Positions 47,797 to 62,467 of a DNA stretch of 64,000 nt are shown here, piece after piece (positions within the stretch are counted from its first letter, which is position 1; every line of letters begins with the position of its first letter). A program made the translations under genes and the position numbers. The stretch is from Dimorphilus gyrociliatus. Its lineage: Eukaryota; Animalia; Annelida. Below the pieces are notes generated by a model. That model saw only the letters and a program-made list of their open reading frames with translations, ran no database searches and was not told the origin of the DNA. The stretch spans positions 930,001 through 994,000 of the forward strand of contig CAJFCJ010000015.1 of the NCBI GenBank assembly GCA_904063045.1. The letters run 5' to 3'.

Positions 47797-50700
47797 ATGT
47801 TGACCGCCGTTTTACGTATAACCTTCCTAATACAACTATTGGATATTAGTTTAACCGACTCTACCAATAAGAGAACGTCTGTAAGTATGTTTTGGTTCTT
47901 CTTGGATTCCGCCGACGGTCTTTGGATGTGTTATTTTTTTTCTTTTTGCTATTTTCCCTTTTTTTCCCCTTTCATCATTCTCTTTAATCCAAAATCATTC
48001 TTTATTGCGATAGTAACAAGCTGTTACAAGTCGGCTCAGCCGATTTTTTTTGTTTGCTAAAATAAACAGAGTAAATAACCGATAGCGGGTAAACGCGTGA
48101 CAACAGTCGGAGAGTGCGAAACAAATATCGTTTAGTAGAAGCGAATTTGCAGTTTCTTCTGCAGCTGTTGCTGTTCGTCTTACCGAGAACCAGGCACGCT
48201 CAGGGGATAAAACGGGTGTAAAAGGTAGACGAAGGGGGGCGAGATGAGTAAGGGGGAGGGGGTAAAGAGAAAGAGAGAGAGAGAAAGAGAAAAGAACGAA
48301 AGAAAAGAGTTAGTTTGATAAATCAAAGGAGGTGAAAAATGTTACGGAACTGGGAAAATTGTTGATTTTTCATTCTTTACAATAATACATATAAATATAA
48401 GATTAAATGATATCTTAAGAAGATATGCCTTACATTTTCTCTGATAAAAATAAGTAGTTTTGTTTTTTAATAAAAAAAAAATAAAAAATAAAAAAAAGTT
48501 TGGCGGATGTACGTCGTGGCATTAAGAATGACGGTTTGTGTACTTTTCGAACTTTTGCTGCCGTTCCAGCTGTGCTCCATTTAAGATGATTCTGTTTATG
48601 TTTGCAGGCGATGAGTGTATTTGCAATGCTACGCAATCATATCATGCACGCGTATTTATAATGTCTAATACTAACAATTTCTTAGTTTTCTATTTCATAG
48701 CTTATCACCATAAGAATTTAACGCAGCTTAGCGCCGTAGTTTGTATTCTAATTGCGATTCAAATTACTATTAGAAACGTTGGACGAAATTCAATTACAAA
48801 GGTCATAACGATAGCGTGTTAATTACTGGATGCATTTACCCTTTTACCTCATTTATTTAAATTTTTCTAATTAATATGCATCTAATTGTTTATAATCTTT
48901 ATTGTAGTTGCTTTTTTGTTTCATTATATTATAGCCCTATTTGGATTGTCAAGTTAAAAGCCACGGAGGTGGAGCATCAATTATAAGCCTGCATTTATGG
49001 GGAGCACCATCGAAATTAACCCAATTTATTGTTGAAATGAGAAACGAAAACGATGGTAATGACGTAAGAGTAAGGGAAAGGGTCTCAATTTCGAATAATT
49101 CAACAATTCAGTATGAAATTACTCAAGAACATTTTGAAACAAATAAAAGTTATATTCTTACTCTTGATACATATTCAAGGGTTGATATGAGTAAACGTTT
49201 CACCTGCAAAATCTCAATTCCTACTAGAACAGGTAAGCGTTCTATCTTGAGAAACATTTTCAATTTTCATCATTTTACTTCCATCTATTCTTCTCCTCTT
49301 CCCTCTCATCCCAACCCCACCCCCCTCTATTCCCATCGTTCACTCTCCTACTCTTTTTTCTCCTTCTCCTCAGTCTGTAATTCTATACATAAATTACACT
49401 AACGAAAAAACTTCTACGCCTGCAAGGAAATTGTTTTTATATGTAAAAACTGCATATAGTCTTATTTTGATAGATACTAGCCAAGGAAAATTAGTTTGGG
49501 TTAATAAAGACGGTTCAGTTATTTTGAAGTCAGCGACGACTTTAGAAATTCAAAAGAAACTCAAGTCTTTTAATCACCTAACTGGTAAGCACTAGTCTAT
49601 CTCATTATATATTCATTAAGAAAATATGCTTGCAGATGTAACAAGTTTTTGCCCATATAAGAATCTGTCCAGATGTTATATCCTGTTAGCCAGTGGTGAT
49701 AGAGTTATATTCTATAATCAAACATATGATACATATCGAAAGTACGACCACCCACTTTTCAATAATTCATCAATAACGGCCATAACCGTTGATTGGTTGA
49801 ATGGGATCTTTTACGCAGCTACACGAGATAACGTAATTTTTTTTTTTCATACTGTTTATTAGCAATTGACATAGTTTACTCTGGCACTTTATTATATTTT
49901 TTAAACATACTTTATCCTTTAGATCCTTTCATGCAGTATTACTGCTTGGTCATCTTGCCAAAAGTTTTTAACGTCTTCAACTGATTTATTAAACGTTGTC
50001 GAAATGAAAATTGATCCAATAAATGGGTTTGTCGCATATTTATATTTTCTAGTTAATTTATGATTTATTAAAGCTGTATAATAGCATTTATTTTCCGAGA
50101 AATATACATAAATATAAGTATAACCTTTCCATGAATAGTTTCCGAGTCGAATAATTGATAGAGTTGGCAATAAAAACGAACCATAAACTATCTGTATATA
50201 ACCTGTTACCTTTCTTTTTTTTCCTCTTTTCCTCTAGCTATTTATTCTGTTTGGACCAAAATATTGGATATCTTCGTCGTTTTTCCCTTATCAACTCGAA
50301 TAATACTTACGATTACGAATGGACCAATATGGAACTATCATCATTTGATATATTCGATTCAAATAGGACTATAATATTTTTGGTCAAAAACCACAAGGAT
50401 CGTCTATATTTTGCGGATTATAGTGGGAAATTACAGCCGCAAAGTCTATTAAAAAATTACGATAAGCTTTTCAATGGAAGCTGTTCTCCAACAGATTTAC
50501 AGTTCGGTTACAACCTTTCCGATTATCACTTTCTTTGCCGTCACCATTATTGTTCCTCTCACATCATAAAGATGGATACAGCCGATCATATACATTTACT
50601 AAAGAGACGCTACTGGCTAAGTAGGAATATATTTATATTTCATATTCGTATAAAAATACAGTATACGTCTGTGTATACTATATATAAAAACTAATACATA

Positions 50701-53700
50701 CGAATCAATCCATCACAGATATTTCAAAAGTGAAATTTAGACCCTGGATGTTATTTGGAGAAAGACAAGTTGTTTGTAGTTGGAAACCCGTTGCATGCAA
50801 CTGTGGTAAGCATTCTTCTCTCTTTATTGGTATTCATTTTATAATTCTATTCTTTTCTCTTTTCAAATCTTATCTATGTTTAAATAATTTCTTTTTGGAA
50901 TTTTCTCTCTCTCAATAATTCTTTCTTTCCTGTTCTTTCATTTTCTTTCACGTATTTTACCCATTCCTTTATCAGCTCACTTTAACGCCTATTGCCTCCT
51001 TTTTATCTCTTCTTTTGATTTTTCGCATTTAGTGATTGATGTTATGAAGCGTGTTCTCTTCTATAGGTTCTAATTGCTTCTGTAAATGGCGATACCGGAT
51101 AGAAATCTTGGGAGTTCCTACTGCTGGTGGGTTGGTTGATAACTTAAGCAGCTACACCTTCGCTAATCAACTTGTCAAGGGTAAAAAGTATGGTATTAGG
51201 ATTCTTGCAGGACCGGCGACCAATCTCTCTGACTTATATACTACCGAATGGACTGACATTGCCTGGTATCTTTATCAGGGTAAGTTAAGATAAGAAAGAA
51301 CATTTTTTTCATTTCCCCTCCCATAAAATATACAAGCAATGAGTACTCCTCCCCTCAGGCGTTGAAGATCACCTTATTCTCGCGAAAAGATCGGGCCTAT
51401 ATCTAACGGACTCAATAACATTAAATCAGGCGCTAATTACTGATTGGAGAGGAGAATCTATTAATGAGATTTTCGCATCGGCATCTTATTTGGTATGGTG
51501 TACACATGATGGACAGCTATGGGCATTTAATCGGAATGAAACATCTCCAAAGGTAATCAAAACTGCAGAGCGAATAGAGAGAGTATTATTTGATCCGTAC
51601 GCCAGCACAATTTATTGGACTTCCGGAAGAACTGTGAGTTGTGTCTAATTTACTTTAATTAACTGGCTAGATCGTTTCCAAACAGATCTACCGCAAAAGT
51701 TTATTGACATTCGATCGTTCTGAAGTTGTCTTGAAAACACAAAACAAAATCTTATCTATAACAATTAACCCAGAGGCTGGTTGGTTATTCTGGATGGAAA
51801 AATATAAGGTATGTATAAAACATGAAAAAAAAATGGACGATTTCGTCCTTCCTTCTTAAGTAGAACAAGTATTTGATATGCAGATCGGAAGAACGGCGTT
51901 TAATGGAAAAATGGTCGGAACGTTCGAAGAATTACAAGTTGTTTCCGGTAGCCGTTTTTCTGCCATAGTTTTTAATGATGACGTCTTATATTGGACGGTG
52001 AAGAAAAACGACAGTGTTGATCTAATGAAAAGAGACACTAATGCGTTGTCTAGCAAGATAATGTCTACCGAGAGAAATAGGTGCAATTTTCTTCTATATT
52101 TACCTATCTCTTAGCTCTGGAAGAAAAAAATCATGACCACACAACTTGACATCTTTCGCCATCTATCGGATTTATATTTATATATACTTGTACATATATT
52201 TATATATATATTTACTAATAACGGCTCCTTTCAGATCGATAGACCATCTTCAGGTATTAAATGGTCAATTGATTATGTCCGATAAAAAGCTACAAACAAT
52301 CTACGGCGTTGATTTGAGAATGAATGGCAAGTTTAAGATAGATATCTCTTCCTATGGCGTCACTGCATTCACAGTTTGGCGTCCGTCAACAGGTAATGCA
52401 AATATTTTCAGACGAAAATAAATACGCCTTATTATATTCGAACTATTGTATAATAAGAGTGTCGCTTAAACACTACAATCGGTAGTCGTTCCAATCGACT
52501 TCAAGAATTGCGGTGTTTTTTCAGCTGCAATCCCACGATGTGCGCAGTAAAAAGATTATAACACATCATAGCAGTCTGCATTTCTGTAACATTAAATCTT
52601 TTTAATCTTTCAAAGTTTCAATTACTCTTGGCGTTGCTTATACATAATATTGCAAGTGAAATTTCAGTGTTTAAGAGTTAGAGAATACTGATTGGCTATT
52701 GACGAGTCACGTGATGAAAATTTTGAGTGTTGCAGTCGGGCGCCGACGTTCGAACGAGTCATGCGTCTATATCAAATTGGTTTCCTAAACTTTCTTATTT
52801 ACGAATTTGCAGTACCGTCTTTAATTCCGGACCAAGTCAATGAGGATAGCATAAAACTTTCTGGTAAATGGCCAAATGTAAGATCTAAATTTTTTTTATT
52901 ATAAAAGATGAAAGTATAGCTTTTTAATTTATAAAGGTCACATTATTCTGGAAAGCTATTCGCTGCGAAAATTGCTCCGACCTCGAGTACCAAGTAGGCA
53001 TCAACTCGTCTCTCCAAATCATCCTAAATAGAACGGTAGGTGAAGTCTTTGATTTACTTTCTTCCGCACCCTTGAATAGATATCAAGGGTGGTAGAAGGA
53101 AGACGTACGAAAGAAAATTGAATGCGTGTGAAAATATTTATCCTCGGTTATACAATATATATGCGTAATATATACACCTCAAAGCGAGGTTCTCTCTTAT
53201 TAAATTAGGCCTTTAGTCAACGACCCCTATAACGTTCTTAACGGCTTGATTGCTAATATTTGTTATGTTATTATATTAACGAACAACTGCGACCCTTAGC
53301 CTCATCCTGAGAATGAGAATGGCTTCTATTTTCTTTCCTCGTTTTCCGTTCTCATCTTCCCTTTCCTTTCCATTTTTCTTTTTGTATGCTTTTAACTTTC
53401 CTTTTCATTTTCCTACTCTTCTATCTTTTCCCCTCTTCCTCTCTTCGTTTCTCTAACAGTTTCACTTTTCCCTATTGAAAGTAATAGTATATTTATAGTT
53501 AATATCTTATCTATCACTAAAACTAAACAATTTAAAAGGTATTAAATAAGCGAAAAATTTGCAATCTTAACGAACAGTTGTAGATGACAATTAAGTTGTT
53601 ACACGAAGATGTTTATATATATATACTGTATAGAAAATATATATAGCTATAGATAAACCTATCGCTTCGGAGAAAGCAAAATCCTAAAGGATGATAATTT

Positions 53701-56700
53701 ATCAAGTTGCTAAGCGCTTGACTGGTTTTAAATAAAAAAAATCGTGTTTCATTATAACATTTAAAGTGAGAAAAGTATCCATGTTAATGGTAGGGTAACT
53801 TATAAATTTAATTACTAAGTATAGAAAAGAATGGGATGATGATAATGAACATTAATTAGTTAAGGAAGATAATTAGACAAAGTTGAAATAAGAGGGAGAG
53901 GTGGAGAGGAGAAAGAGGGAGTAAAGAGGAAAGGTAGGGGGTAGGGAGAAACATATTTATTTTGTATATGTAATACATAAACAACATTGAATTTAACATT
54001 TACAAACCGATTGCACTTTTAAAGACTACAGATGCCGAATTCTCACTACCAACTCAGTACGGTTACGATAATATAACAGTGAAAATTCGCAGTTTAACAT
54101 CGAGGGCAAAATCAAATTGGACAATCAAAGATTTCGAGACGCCTGTGACGACGCCTGGAGAGTTACGTCCAGTAATTAGTTGCGAACCGTCAATTGTTGC
54201 TAACTATTCAATAATAAGAATTCAATTGAGAATTCCAATTAATAATAAGGATATTGAAGAGTTAATTGTGGAAATTTTAAAAAACAAAAAGTCATATCGT
54301 CGACTGAATATTAAAAGAATTAAAGAAAAGTCATTTTACGAAGAAATTCTAAACGTAATTGCAGATAGTTCGACTTATCAGATATCAGTGAAGGCTTGTA
54401 ACTTGAAGAAGATTTGTGGATCTACTGTGAGACGAGAAATCAAGGCCAATCGTAAGTCTATCACCAATATACTATATAAATGTAATTTGTAACGAATATA
54501 AGCTTTAGTGCACAGTACATAAATAAGTATCAATTGATAGAAATATACATGTTTCTATTAATAAAAAAGTCAGCTGATTTCATCAAACAGTCTTTTTAAT
54601 AACTTTTGTCTTTATGATTTATAAAGGAGAATTTAAAGAACTTACTAACTAGGCTAATTGCATCTTCTTTCTTAGTATTATTTTCTCTATGTATTATTGA
54701 CGGTAGGAATCTTTTGGACCTTTTTCAGAGTTAATTGCTCTCCAACGTCTTTCATTGACCACTCGAAACGACAGCCTAATTTTTAAGGAAGGCTTGAAAG
54801 AAACGGAGCGAATTGAGGATCAATTGATCGACTCTGTTAACGATAGTTGGGTTGGATGGAGAATAAATCTGTATAGGAACGCCATAGTTCGGATAAACGC
54901 CCTCGACTATAGTCAAACGGTTAGATGTCATTCTCTAAAGGGAATAGAGAAGAGTTTACAATTTCATTTAATTTACTTATTAATTAGTTTATATATTTTA
55001 ATAATCCTAGATAATTTAACGTCTAAAAATTCTTCTTTTATATAATATTTATAGATAAAAAGCAAAATACAGGCGTTTGAAAACAGTTCGTTAACTTATG
55101 ATTGGTTATCTGGTATTGCTTTTTGGTCGTGTGGTTCAAAAATACTTTCTATTGACCGCTTATCTTCGACGAAAGCTTATCGTTTCTCGTCTATTATAGG
55201 ATCTGTGGCTGTGTTACCTAGAATAGGAAGGCTTTTCTATACGTATAAAGGAATAAGAACGGATAGCTTTTGCCTTGGGGACTTTACACTGAAACCCCAG
55301 CTAAAGGAGACTATCTTCAGCAATGGTAAAAATCGAAGTTGTAATTGCCCGAATACCAAGTGCTCATTACTGCCTTCTATGACGCTCGATCCGCTGGACG
55401 AACGTCTTTACGTCGTTTCTATCGATTCAACGCTGATTATTTCCGATATCTATTGGTGCTCGTGCCGCTTTGTTAAAGACTTCGAGGAGTTTGCACTCAC
55501 TACATCAATGGCTGTTGACAAAAAATGTTTCTGGTGGACTAAAGGAGACAATCAAATATCTTGTTTCAACCTTAATTCTACGGCCGTGAAAGTAAAAGAA
55601 GAGAGGATTAAGGATAATGTAAAAAATATTAGAGTCAGCGGAAGATTGTTTCAACCGTTGTTGACGAATCGATGCCTAAGACCACGCATTAATTTTAACA
55701 ATGTAAAAGTATATAATGTCACGAGATCATCTTTCGCCGCCAATTGGATAATACCAAAATTTTGCCCCGATTCAACAATTATTTACAACACGAATGTTTC
55801 CCTAATTGAATATAAATCGGGTAAAACGTTAAAGAAATTGCGGTTAATTGATAGAGATGAAGTTTTTGTTGACAGTTTACACGCTTGGACAACATATCTT
55901 TTAAATATAAAGGTGTTTACAAGGATTTTTACATCGGATATTGTTTCGATTAACGTTACAACTTTACCCGGCCCTCCAACCATAAACAATCAGATGTGTG
56001 CTGTATCATTCGAAGAGGACAGAGTTGCTTTCCTGTGGGTTCCTGATCAACGAAGCGCATACGAAAGATCTAGAATATACGATGAATATAATCAGACGAT
56101 TGCCGATTGTTTGTTAAAAGGTTCCGTTCTAGATTGTCCATTGGGGACTGTCCTTAAAAGCGAAGCAAGAGAAAACGTTAACATCTGCGGTCTACAAACA
56201 AATCAAAGTAGTCATCTAATATTGGAAAAATATTCAAAATATGGTTTAGTTACGTCACCAGTTATTCCAATAAGAAAATTTAATAAGTCTCCTACAATCG
56301 ATATAACATATTTGGGATCTAGAACGTTTGCCTACTCTTTGAATTTAAGGCATTTAAAGCGTATCTGTAGGTCCATAATAACTAAGTTATTGTTTACGAA
56401 TGAAAAGCGAAATGAAACGAATCATATGACGCTTTCAGGTCTTGTTGATGTCATTCCTGAAATTTTAAATGGTACAAAAGAAATTAATGTACAGAATTTC
56501 CTTACCAACCAACCCACCATGTTACAAGGAAAATCTCTTTGTTCTCTCAATCTTCAATCTTTGGATAGTAATTGTCCACCCAATACTATAAGTCATATCT
56601 TTGAAACTGAAAAACTAAAATTTGCTCCCTGGTTCCTACAACCGCCTACTATTGACAAGGATACCAATGGACTGGTTTTAATTAATTGGACTTTATCATT

Positions 56701-58480
56701 TTGGAGTGCAGGCTACGCTATACAAGAATATGAGTTATTATGCCAAGGTTCTTGCCAGCCACTATTATATTCTGGAATGAGAACTTGGTGGTATGGCCCT
56801 TTGGAGGATGGAGATTATAATCTGACAGTTCGAGCTATGAATCATTTGGGTTGGAATGACATACTCGGTGAAAATTTAAGTGTATCTCTCAAATCTCCCG
56901 ATAGGACACGCCAATATGACAGTAATTATAATTGTTTTTGCTGAATATTAGACTTAATTGCAAAACTTAAAAACAACTACTTTTATTCATAAAGGGAACG
57001 AATTTTTCATTCTCCTAACGTGCATCGCTTCATTCTTTTGTCTAGCGGCCATGGTATTATTAGGTAAGTTACTTTCTAGCGCTTTATCATTTAAATTCCC
57101 TAGAGACTGGAATTATTTTATTATTTCATTAATATTGCAGCCTTGTATTTTCGGAGAAGAAAACAGAAGAAATTTAACTGGAAATCCGTGCAACAAACTG
57201 AGCTGGAATTGGCAGCTCTGCGTTCCCTCCCACCAACGGCTGTACAGAATACGAATGATCTATATGTACTAGGATCTTTACCAACAGATGAGCAATTCGC
57301 CTCTTTACCCCATATAGGACGTGCCGATATAAGGTTAACCACCTTTCTCGGCTCAGGAGCATTTGGTGAAGTATATCAAGGAATAATATCAGATAAGATT
57401 GCCGCTGTTAAAATTCTACGAAAAGATGCCGGCGATTCAGATAAGAAAGATTTTATTGCCGAAGCGTTTCTTATGTCTCACTTTAAGCATCCAAACGTAC
57501 TCAAACTGCTTGGTGTATGCTTAGACAGCGATCGTCATATGATCATTTTAGAACTGATGGAGAAAGGGGATCTTTTATCATATTTGAGAAATTCTCGTAA
57601 TAATGATGATTTTATCTTAAACGACAAAATTGATATATGTATCCAGGTGTCCAGAGGCTGCGCTTACTTAGAGAAGATGCATTTCGTTCACAGGGATATT
57701 GCTGCCCGTAACTGTTTAGTCAGTATGTCAAATGGTCAAAGGTTATTGGTTAAGATCGGAGATTTCGGTTTGGCGAGGGATATTTATAAGAATGATTATT
57801 ATAGGAAGATTGGAGAAGGCTTGTTACCAGTTAGGTGGCTCGCAGCCGAAGCGCTAATTGATGGTGTTTTCACGACTATGTCAGACGTTTGGGCTTTTGG
57901 CGTCCTTGTTTGGGAAGTAATGACGCAAGGTCAACAACCTTATCCGGGAAGATCAAATTTAGAGGTTTTGAATTTTGTACGAGATGGAGGACGCTTAGAT
58001 AGACCAGCTAACTGTCCTAATGACATTTACGATATAATGGGTCGTTGTTGGTTAGAGGCAGACCAACGCCCAAGTTTTTCTACTCTTCAACAACTATTGC
58101 AGGAGGCTATGCAGAAGCGTAACGCAACTTATTTGGCACTCATTAACGAACAGACTGAAGACTTAACTTCACCTGCTGCAGTACCCTCGCCGGCTCAACC
58201 CCACCGGCGTTCGACCGTCTGGAGGACTTTAACCTATATACGCCGTTCAAGTAGCTATTTATATAAGACTGTTTTAGTTTTTACAAAGCTAACTACTTCA
58301 TTTTCTCTTTGCAGTTATGGAAACATTTACATCAATATCTCGATATACAAGGTAAGAAAAAATCAGTAAAATAACACCTTTCATACTGTTATAGAGCATT
58401 TCATAATTTTAATATTTTCCAGGTATATTCCTGTTAGTACAACGTCCAGTCAAGTGACACAGAACATGGGGACAAATTGA
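47797..58480 (+). CDS. ROS1: ROS1/sevenless-family receptor tyrosine kinase
   Basis: Kinase exon: [51 protein letters not shown]. ROS-type juxtamembrane ELAALRSL...LPTDEQFASLP. Upstream exons carry FN3-like and degenerate YWTD-like motifs (IYWTS, LYWTV). The 5' exons (signal-like MLTAVLRITFLIQLL at 47797) are tentative. Confidence 0.88.
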
Positions 58481-59203
58481 TTAAGTGACCAAAAGAAACG
58501 AAGCCAAATTAAAAATTTTACTGTTTTTTTTTTTTACATAAGTTAATGTATATACAGTATACAGATATGTTAAGTATATTATAGCTATGTCTGCAAAATA
58601 AAGACAACTCTACTAATAAATTGCTTCTGTCTATTGAAACAATGCCATATATATTCTTTATCTTTGGATCAAGTTTGTTATAGTTATATGCATGCTAAAG
58701 TCTACTGCTGAAAAAAAAAATACAAGGGCAAGTTTAAGATTTTACTAACTTTCAATGTTGCAAAGGTTTTTACAACAAAAACAAAAAGACTTATTATCTT
58801 TAATATTAAAAACAGTTTGGATCTATTTATATTTCAGTATACTGGTCATTTATATTATTTGTTTTTTCTTTTACTTTGGTCTATAGCTTCTCAAAACAAA
58901 ATACTCACGGTTAGAAGTGTAGTTTGAAAAAAAAGTTAACAGTACTTAGTTCCTTTTTTTTGTTTTTGATTTAAAGGCTACATTCTCTTTTGATTAATCA
59001 TCTCTTCCTTTAGGAAAGTTAAAAGGATAAGATATGCCTTATTTACTATATACAGTTTATTATATATTAGTTTCTATTCCTTAAATCAATGCTTTTTTTT
59101 AAATAAGTTGGTTAAAAATTTACTTGTCTTTGTAGAGAATAAATTTAATTATTGTATTCTGAATGTTATAACAGCTTCCAACAGTTGAAACTATAAAGTT
59201 TGT

Positions 59204-59504
59204 CTAAACATAAATTCCAACCCATAACAGCAAGAACAAAACTCCGAATCCCATAAAAAATGATGCCACTAATGAAACGAGCACTTCCTTAAAAAGATCC
59301 CGAGTAAATTTTGTTGACGTTACTTCGTACACGAAGAACCATGCCATGAAGAAAAGGCCGATTGTAAGAAGAACTACTGCTAAGTATGGAAATACGGCCG
59401 GATTAATAGGACTCGCATAGCGAGTCATAGAATCGATACCAATATCCTGCAATTAGTATATTTTAAAAATGCTAATGTTTTATCATTTAAGAGATACGTA
59501 CCAT
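59204..59504 (-). CDS. TMEM258: TMEM258 (oligosaccharyltransferase small subunit)
   Basis: ATG-only first coding exon (59502-59504), 55-nt intron, then [50 protein letters not shown]...LLLWVGIYV*. Confidence 0.95.
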
Positions 59505-59687
59505 TTCGTTCGATTTTAGTGAAATAAATATGCAAAGACTCCAACGACGTGTCAACCGGCGATCAGAGCTTCCGGTAGAGCATGCGCACTCGAAACGGGA
59601 AAAAAAGAGACTTCGAGAATCGCGAGATTGTCAATCCTGAGAGAAATTCTTTAGTACCGCATACTTAAAAATTACAAATAAATAGCG
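59505..59687. promoter_or_regulatory. Bidirectional promoter region TMEM258/CCT2 with ETS-like and NRF1-like motifs
   Basis: 183 nt between divergent ATGs. cttccggt at 59569-59576 and gcatgcgca at 59580-59588. Confidence 0.55.
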
Positions 59688-61545
59688 ATGGTTTGTATAT
59701 GTTATAGCCTCATTCTGTTTGCGGGTGATGTTTTAAGATTAAGCGCTCATTTTTTATCGTGTGAAAATAATAATTTATCGTTGAAAAAAGGTGCATGCCT
59801 CATTATGAGCGATAATGCATGTTTATTTTACAGGCATACTCGCTAAATCCTGTCCAAATTCTGAAAGCTGGAGCTGAGGAGGAGAGAGCTGAGATAGCTC
59901 GCATGGTAAGAATTTAATTTCATTAGATTCGTTAAGATTGACAATTTTTTATTTGTTATAGTCATCATTCGTCGGCGCCATAGCAATAGGCGATTTGGTA
60001 AAGAGCACGCTTGGACCCAAAGGAATGGTAATATTTCGAATGAAAATTTGAATATTTTTCATAAATTTCAATCAATTATTCTAGGATAAGATTTTACAAA
60101 CTGGTGATAAGCGTGAAACTATCCAAGTAACAAATGATGGAGCCACAATTTTAAGATCACTCGGAATTGACAATCCAGCTGCTAAAGTTCTTGTGGATAT
60201 ATCCAGAGTACAGGATGATGAAGTCGGAGATGGTACGACCTCTGTAGTTGTTCTTTGCTGTGAATTGTTAAAGGAAGCCGAACAATTGATTAGTCAAAAA
60301 ATGCATCCGCAAACCATCATTGCTGGTTGGCGCAAGGCTACTGAGGCTGCTCGTTCAGCATTAAAAAACTCAGCGCAAGATAATGGAAGTGATGCCGATA
60401 AATTTAAAAAGGATCTCGTCAATATTGCTAGGACAACTCTTAGCTCCAAGATTTTGCATCAGCACAAGGAACACTTCGCCAATTTATCGGTCGATGCCGT
60501 TTTAAGGTTGAAGGGAAATATAGATTTGAATGCTATACAAATTATTAAGAAACTCGGCTCAGGTTTGGGTGAATCTTATCTAGAAGAAGGCTTTTTATTG
60601 GATAAAAAGATCGGAGTTAATCAACCAAAACGTGTCGAAAAGTGTAAGATTTTGGTAGCCAATACACCTATGGATACTGATAAAATTAAAGTATTCGGAA
60701 GTAGAGTAAGAGTAGATGGTGTAGCTAAGGTTGCCGAATTAGAATTGGCTGAGAAAGAAAAAATGAAGGAAAAAGTTGAAAAAATCATAGCCCATGGATG
60801 CAATGTCTTCATTAATAGGCAATTAATTTATAATTACCCTGAACAATTATTTGCGGATAAAGGCGTCATGGCTATTGAACACGCTGACTTTGAGGGAGTA
60901 GAAAGATTGGCATTAGTTACTGGTGCTGAAATTACATCTACTTTCGATACACCAGACAAAGTAAAATTAGGTGAATGCGATCTTATTGAGGAAGTGATGA
61001 TTGGTGAAGATAAATTACTTAAATTCTCCGGAGTTAAATTGGGCGAAGCCTGTACTATTGTATTACGAGGAGCCACCGAACAAATTCTTGATGAAGCTGA
61101 CCGTTCTCTACACGATGCTTTGTGCGTATTGTCCCAGACAGTTAAAGAAACTCGTACTGTTTTCGGAGGCGGATGCAGCGAAATGCTGATGGCTAATGCC
61201 GTCAGCGAATTGGCTACGCGAACACCTGGAAAGGAGGCATTGGCTATGGCCGCTTTTGCAAAAGCTCTTCGTCAACTTCCCACCATTATCGCCGACAACG
61301 CAGGTTACGATTCAACAGAGTTGATTCCCCGTCTCCAAGCAGCACACACCGAAGGTCGAAAAACAGCTGGTTTAGACATGGAAGCCGGTGATCTGGGTGA
61401 CATGGTCAAACTTGGAATCACTGAAAGCTTTCAAGTAAAAAGGCAGGTTCTCCTCTCTGCAGCTGAGGCAGCTGAAATGGTACTTCGTGTTGACAACATT
61501 ATAAAAGCAGCTCCTAGACAAAGAATGCCAGACAGGTGTATGTAG
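59688..61545 (+). CDS. CCT2: T-complex protein 1 subunit beta
   Basis: ATG|gtttgt first exon, then [59 protein letters not shown], and C-terminal [14 protein letters not shown]. Confidence 0.97.
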
Positions 61546-61659
61546 AGTATTTTTGGTATTTTGCTTGTTACAGATAATTATAATACACGCTTGACCTGGA
61601 TTATTTAAATAATGTATTTGTTGATATTTTTTGTACTATGAGAATCAAAGGGTAAAGTC

Positions 61660-62467
61660 TCAAAAACTCTTTTTAACTTTTTGAGGAAGAATAGATTCTT
61701 GAGCGTTCCTTAAAAAGTTTAATAATCCCATACGTTTTCCACGCTTTCGAAATATAGAGCTTACAATATCATCACCTTGGTTGGTTTCATTAGGTTGAGA
61801 AACAGTTATCGGTAGAACATTGTCATTTGCAGACAAGGAGACCAGTAAAGCGAATGGTACAATCCATAAACAAACAGTAAAATAGGCTAACACATGACTA
61901 AACTCATACCAAACTTTGGAGAAATGGGTGAAAGCTAAATAATGATGTAGCAGCAATAGCACTGGAAAGATTAGAGGTAGTCATTTCTATATCTTGTGAT
62001 ACATGTTCTTGAATTTTTGAATACTTACACACACTAGCTACGAAGGGTACGGAAGTTAAGTCAAAAACAGGAAATGTTTTCAATAGCAATCCATAGCAAG
62101 CATTACAAGCAATACCACAAATTATTAGAGGCATAGGCAAATCTTCGGTCAAGAGAAAGAGAAGTTGAATGCCTGTTACAATCTGTAGAGTATAGAAAAA
62201 TCAAGCAAAAATTTTAAATTTTCTTATAAATTACTTACAATTAAAGTATATTTTATAATTTTTCCAGATATGACACAATACTCCTCAACTAATTCCGCCA
62301 GATAATACAAACCACAAGCTGAACAAAAAAAATTATATTGAGCGATAATAAATAGTTCGGTGTATTTAAGTCAGAATATACCAATCTAATATCATACCTA
62401 TTGACAATGTAAAAAAGCATATTTGGATGAACAGGGAAACCCAACTTAATAAATACAGTAACCACAT
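61660..62467 (-). CDS. TEX261: TEX261 (Svp26-like membrane protein)
   Basis: MWLLYLLSWVSLFIQICFFTLSI / ACGLYYLAELVEEY / ...HHYLAF...EVLAYFTVCLWIVPFALLVSLSANDNVLP matches the TEX261/Svp26 family. Confidence 0.92.
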
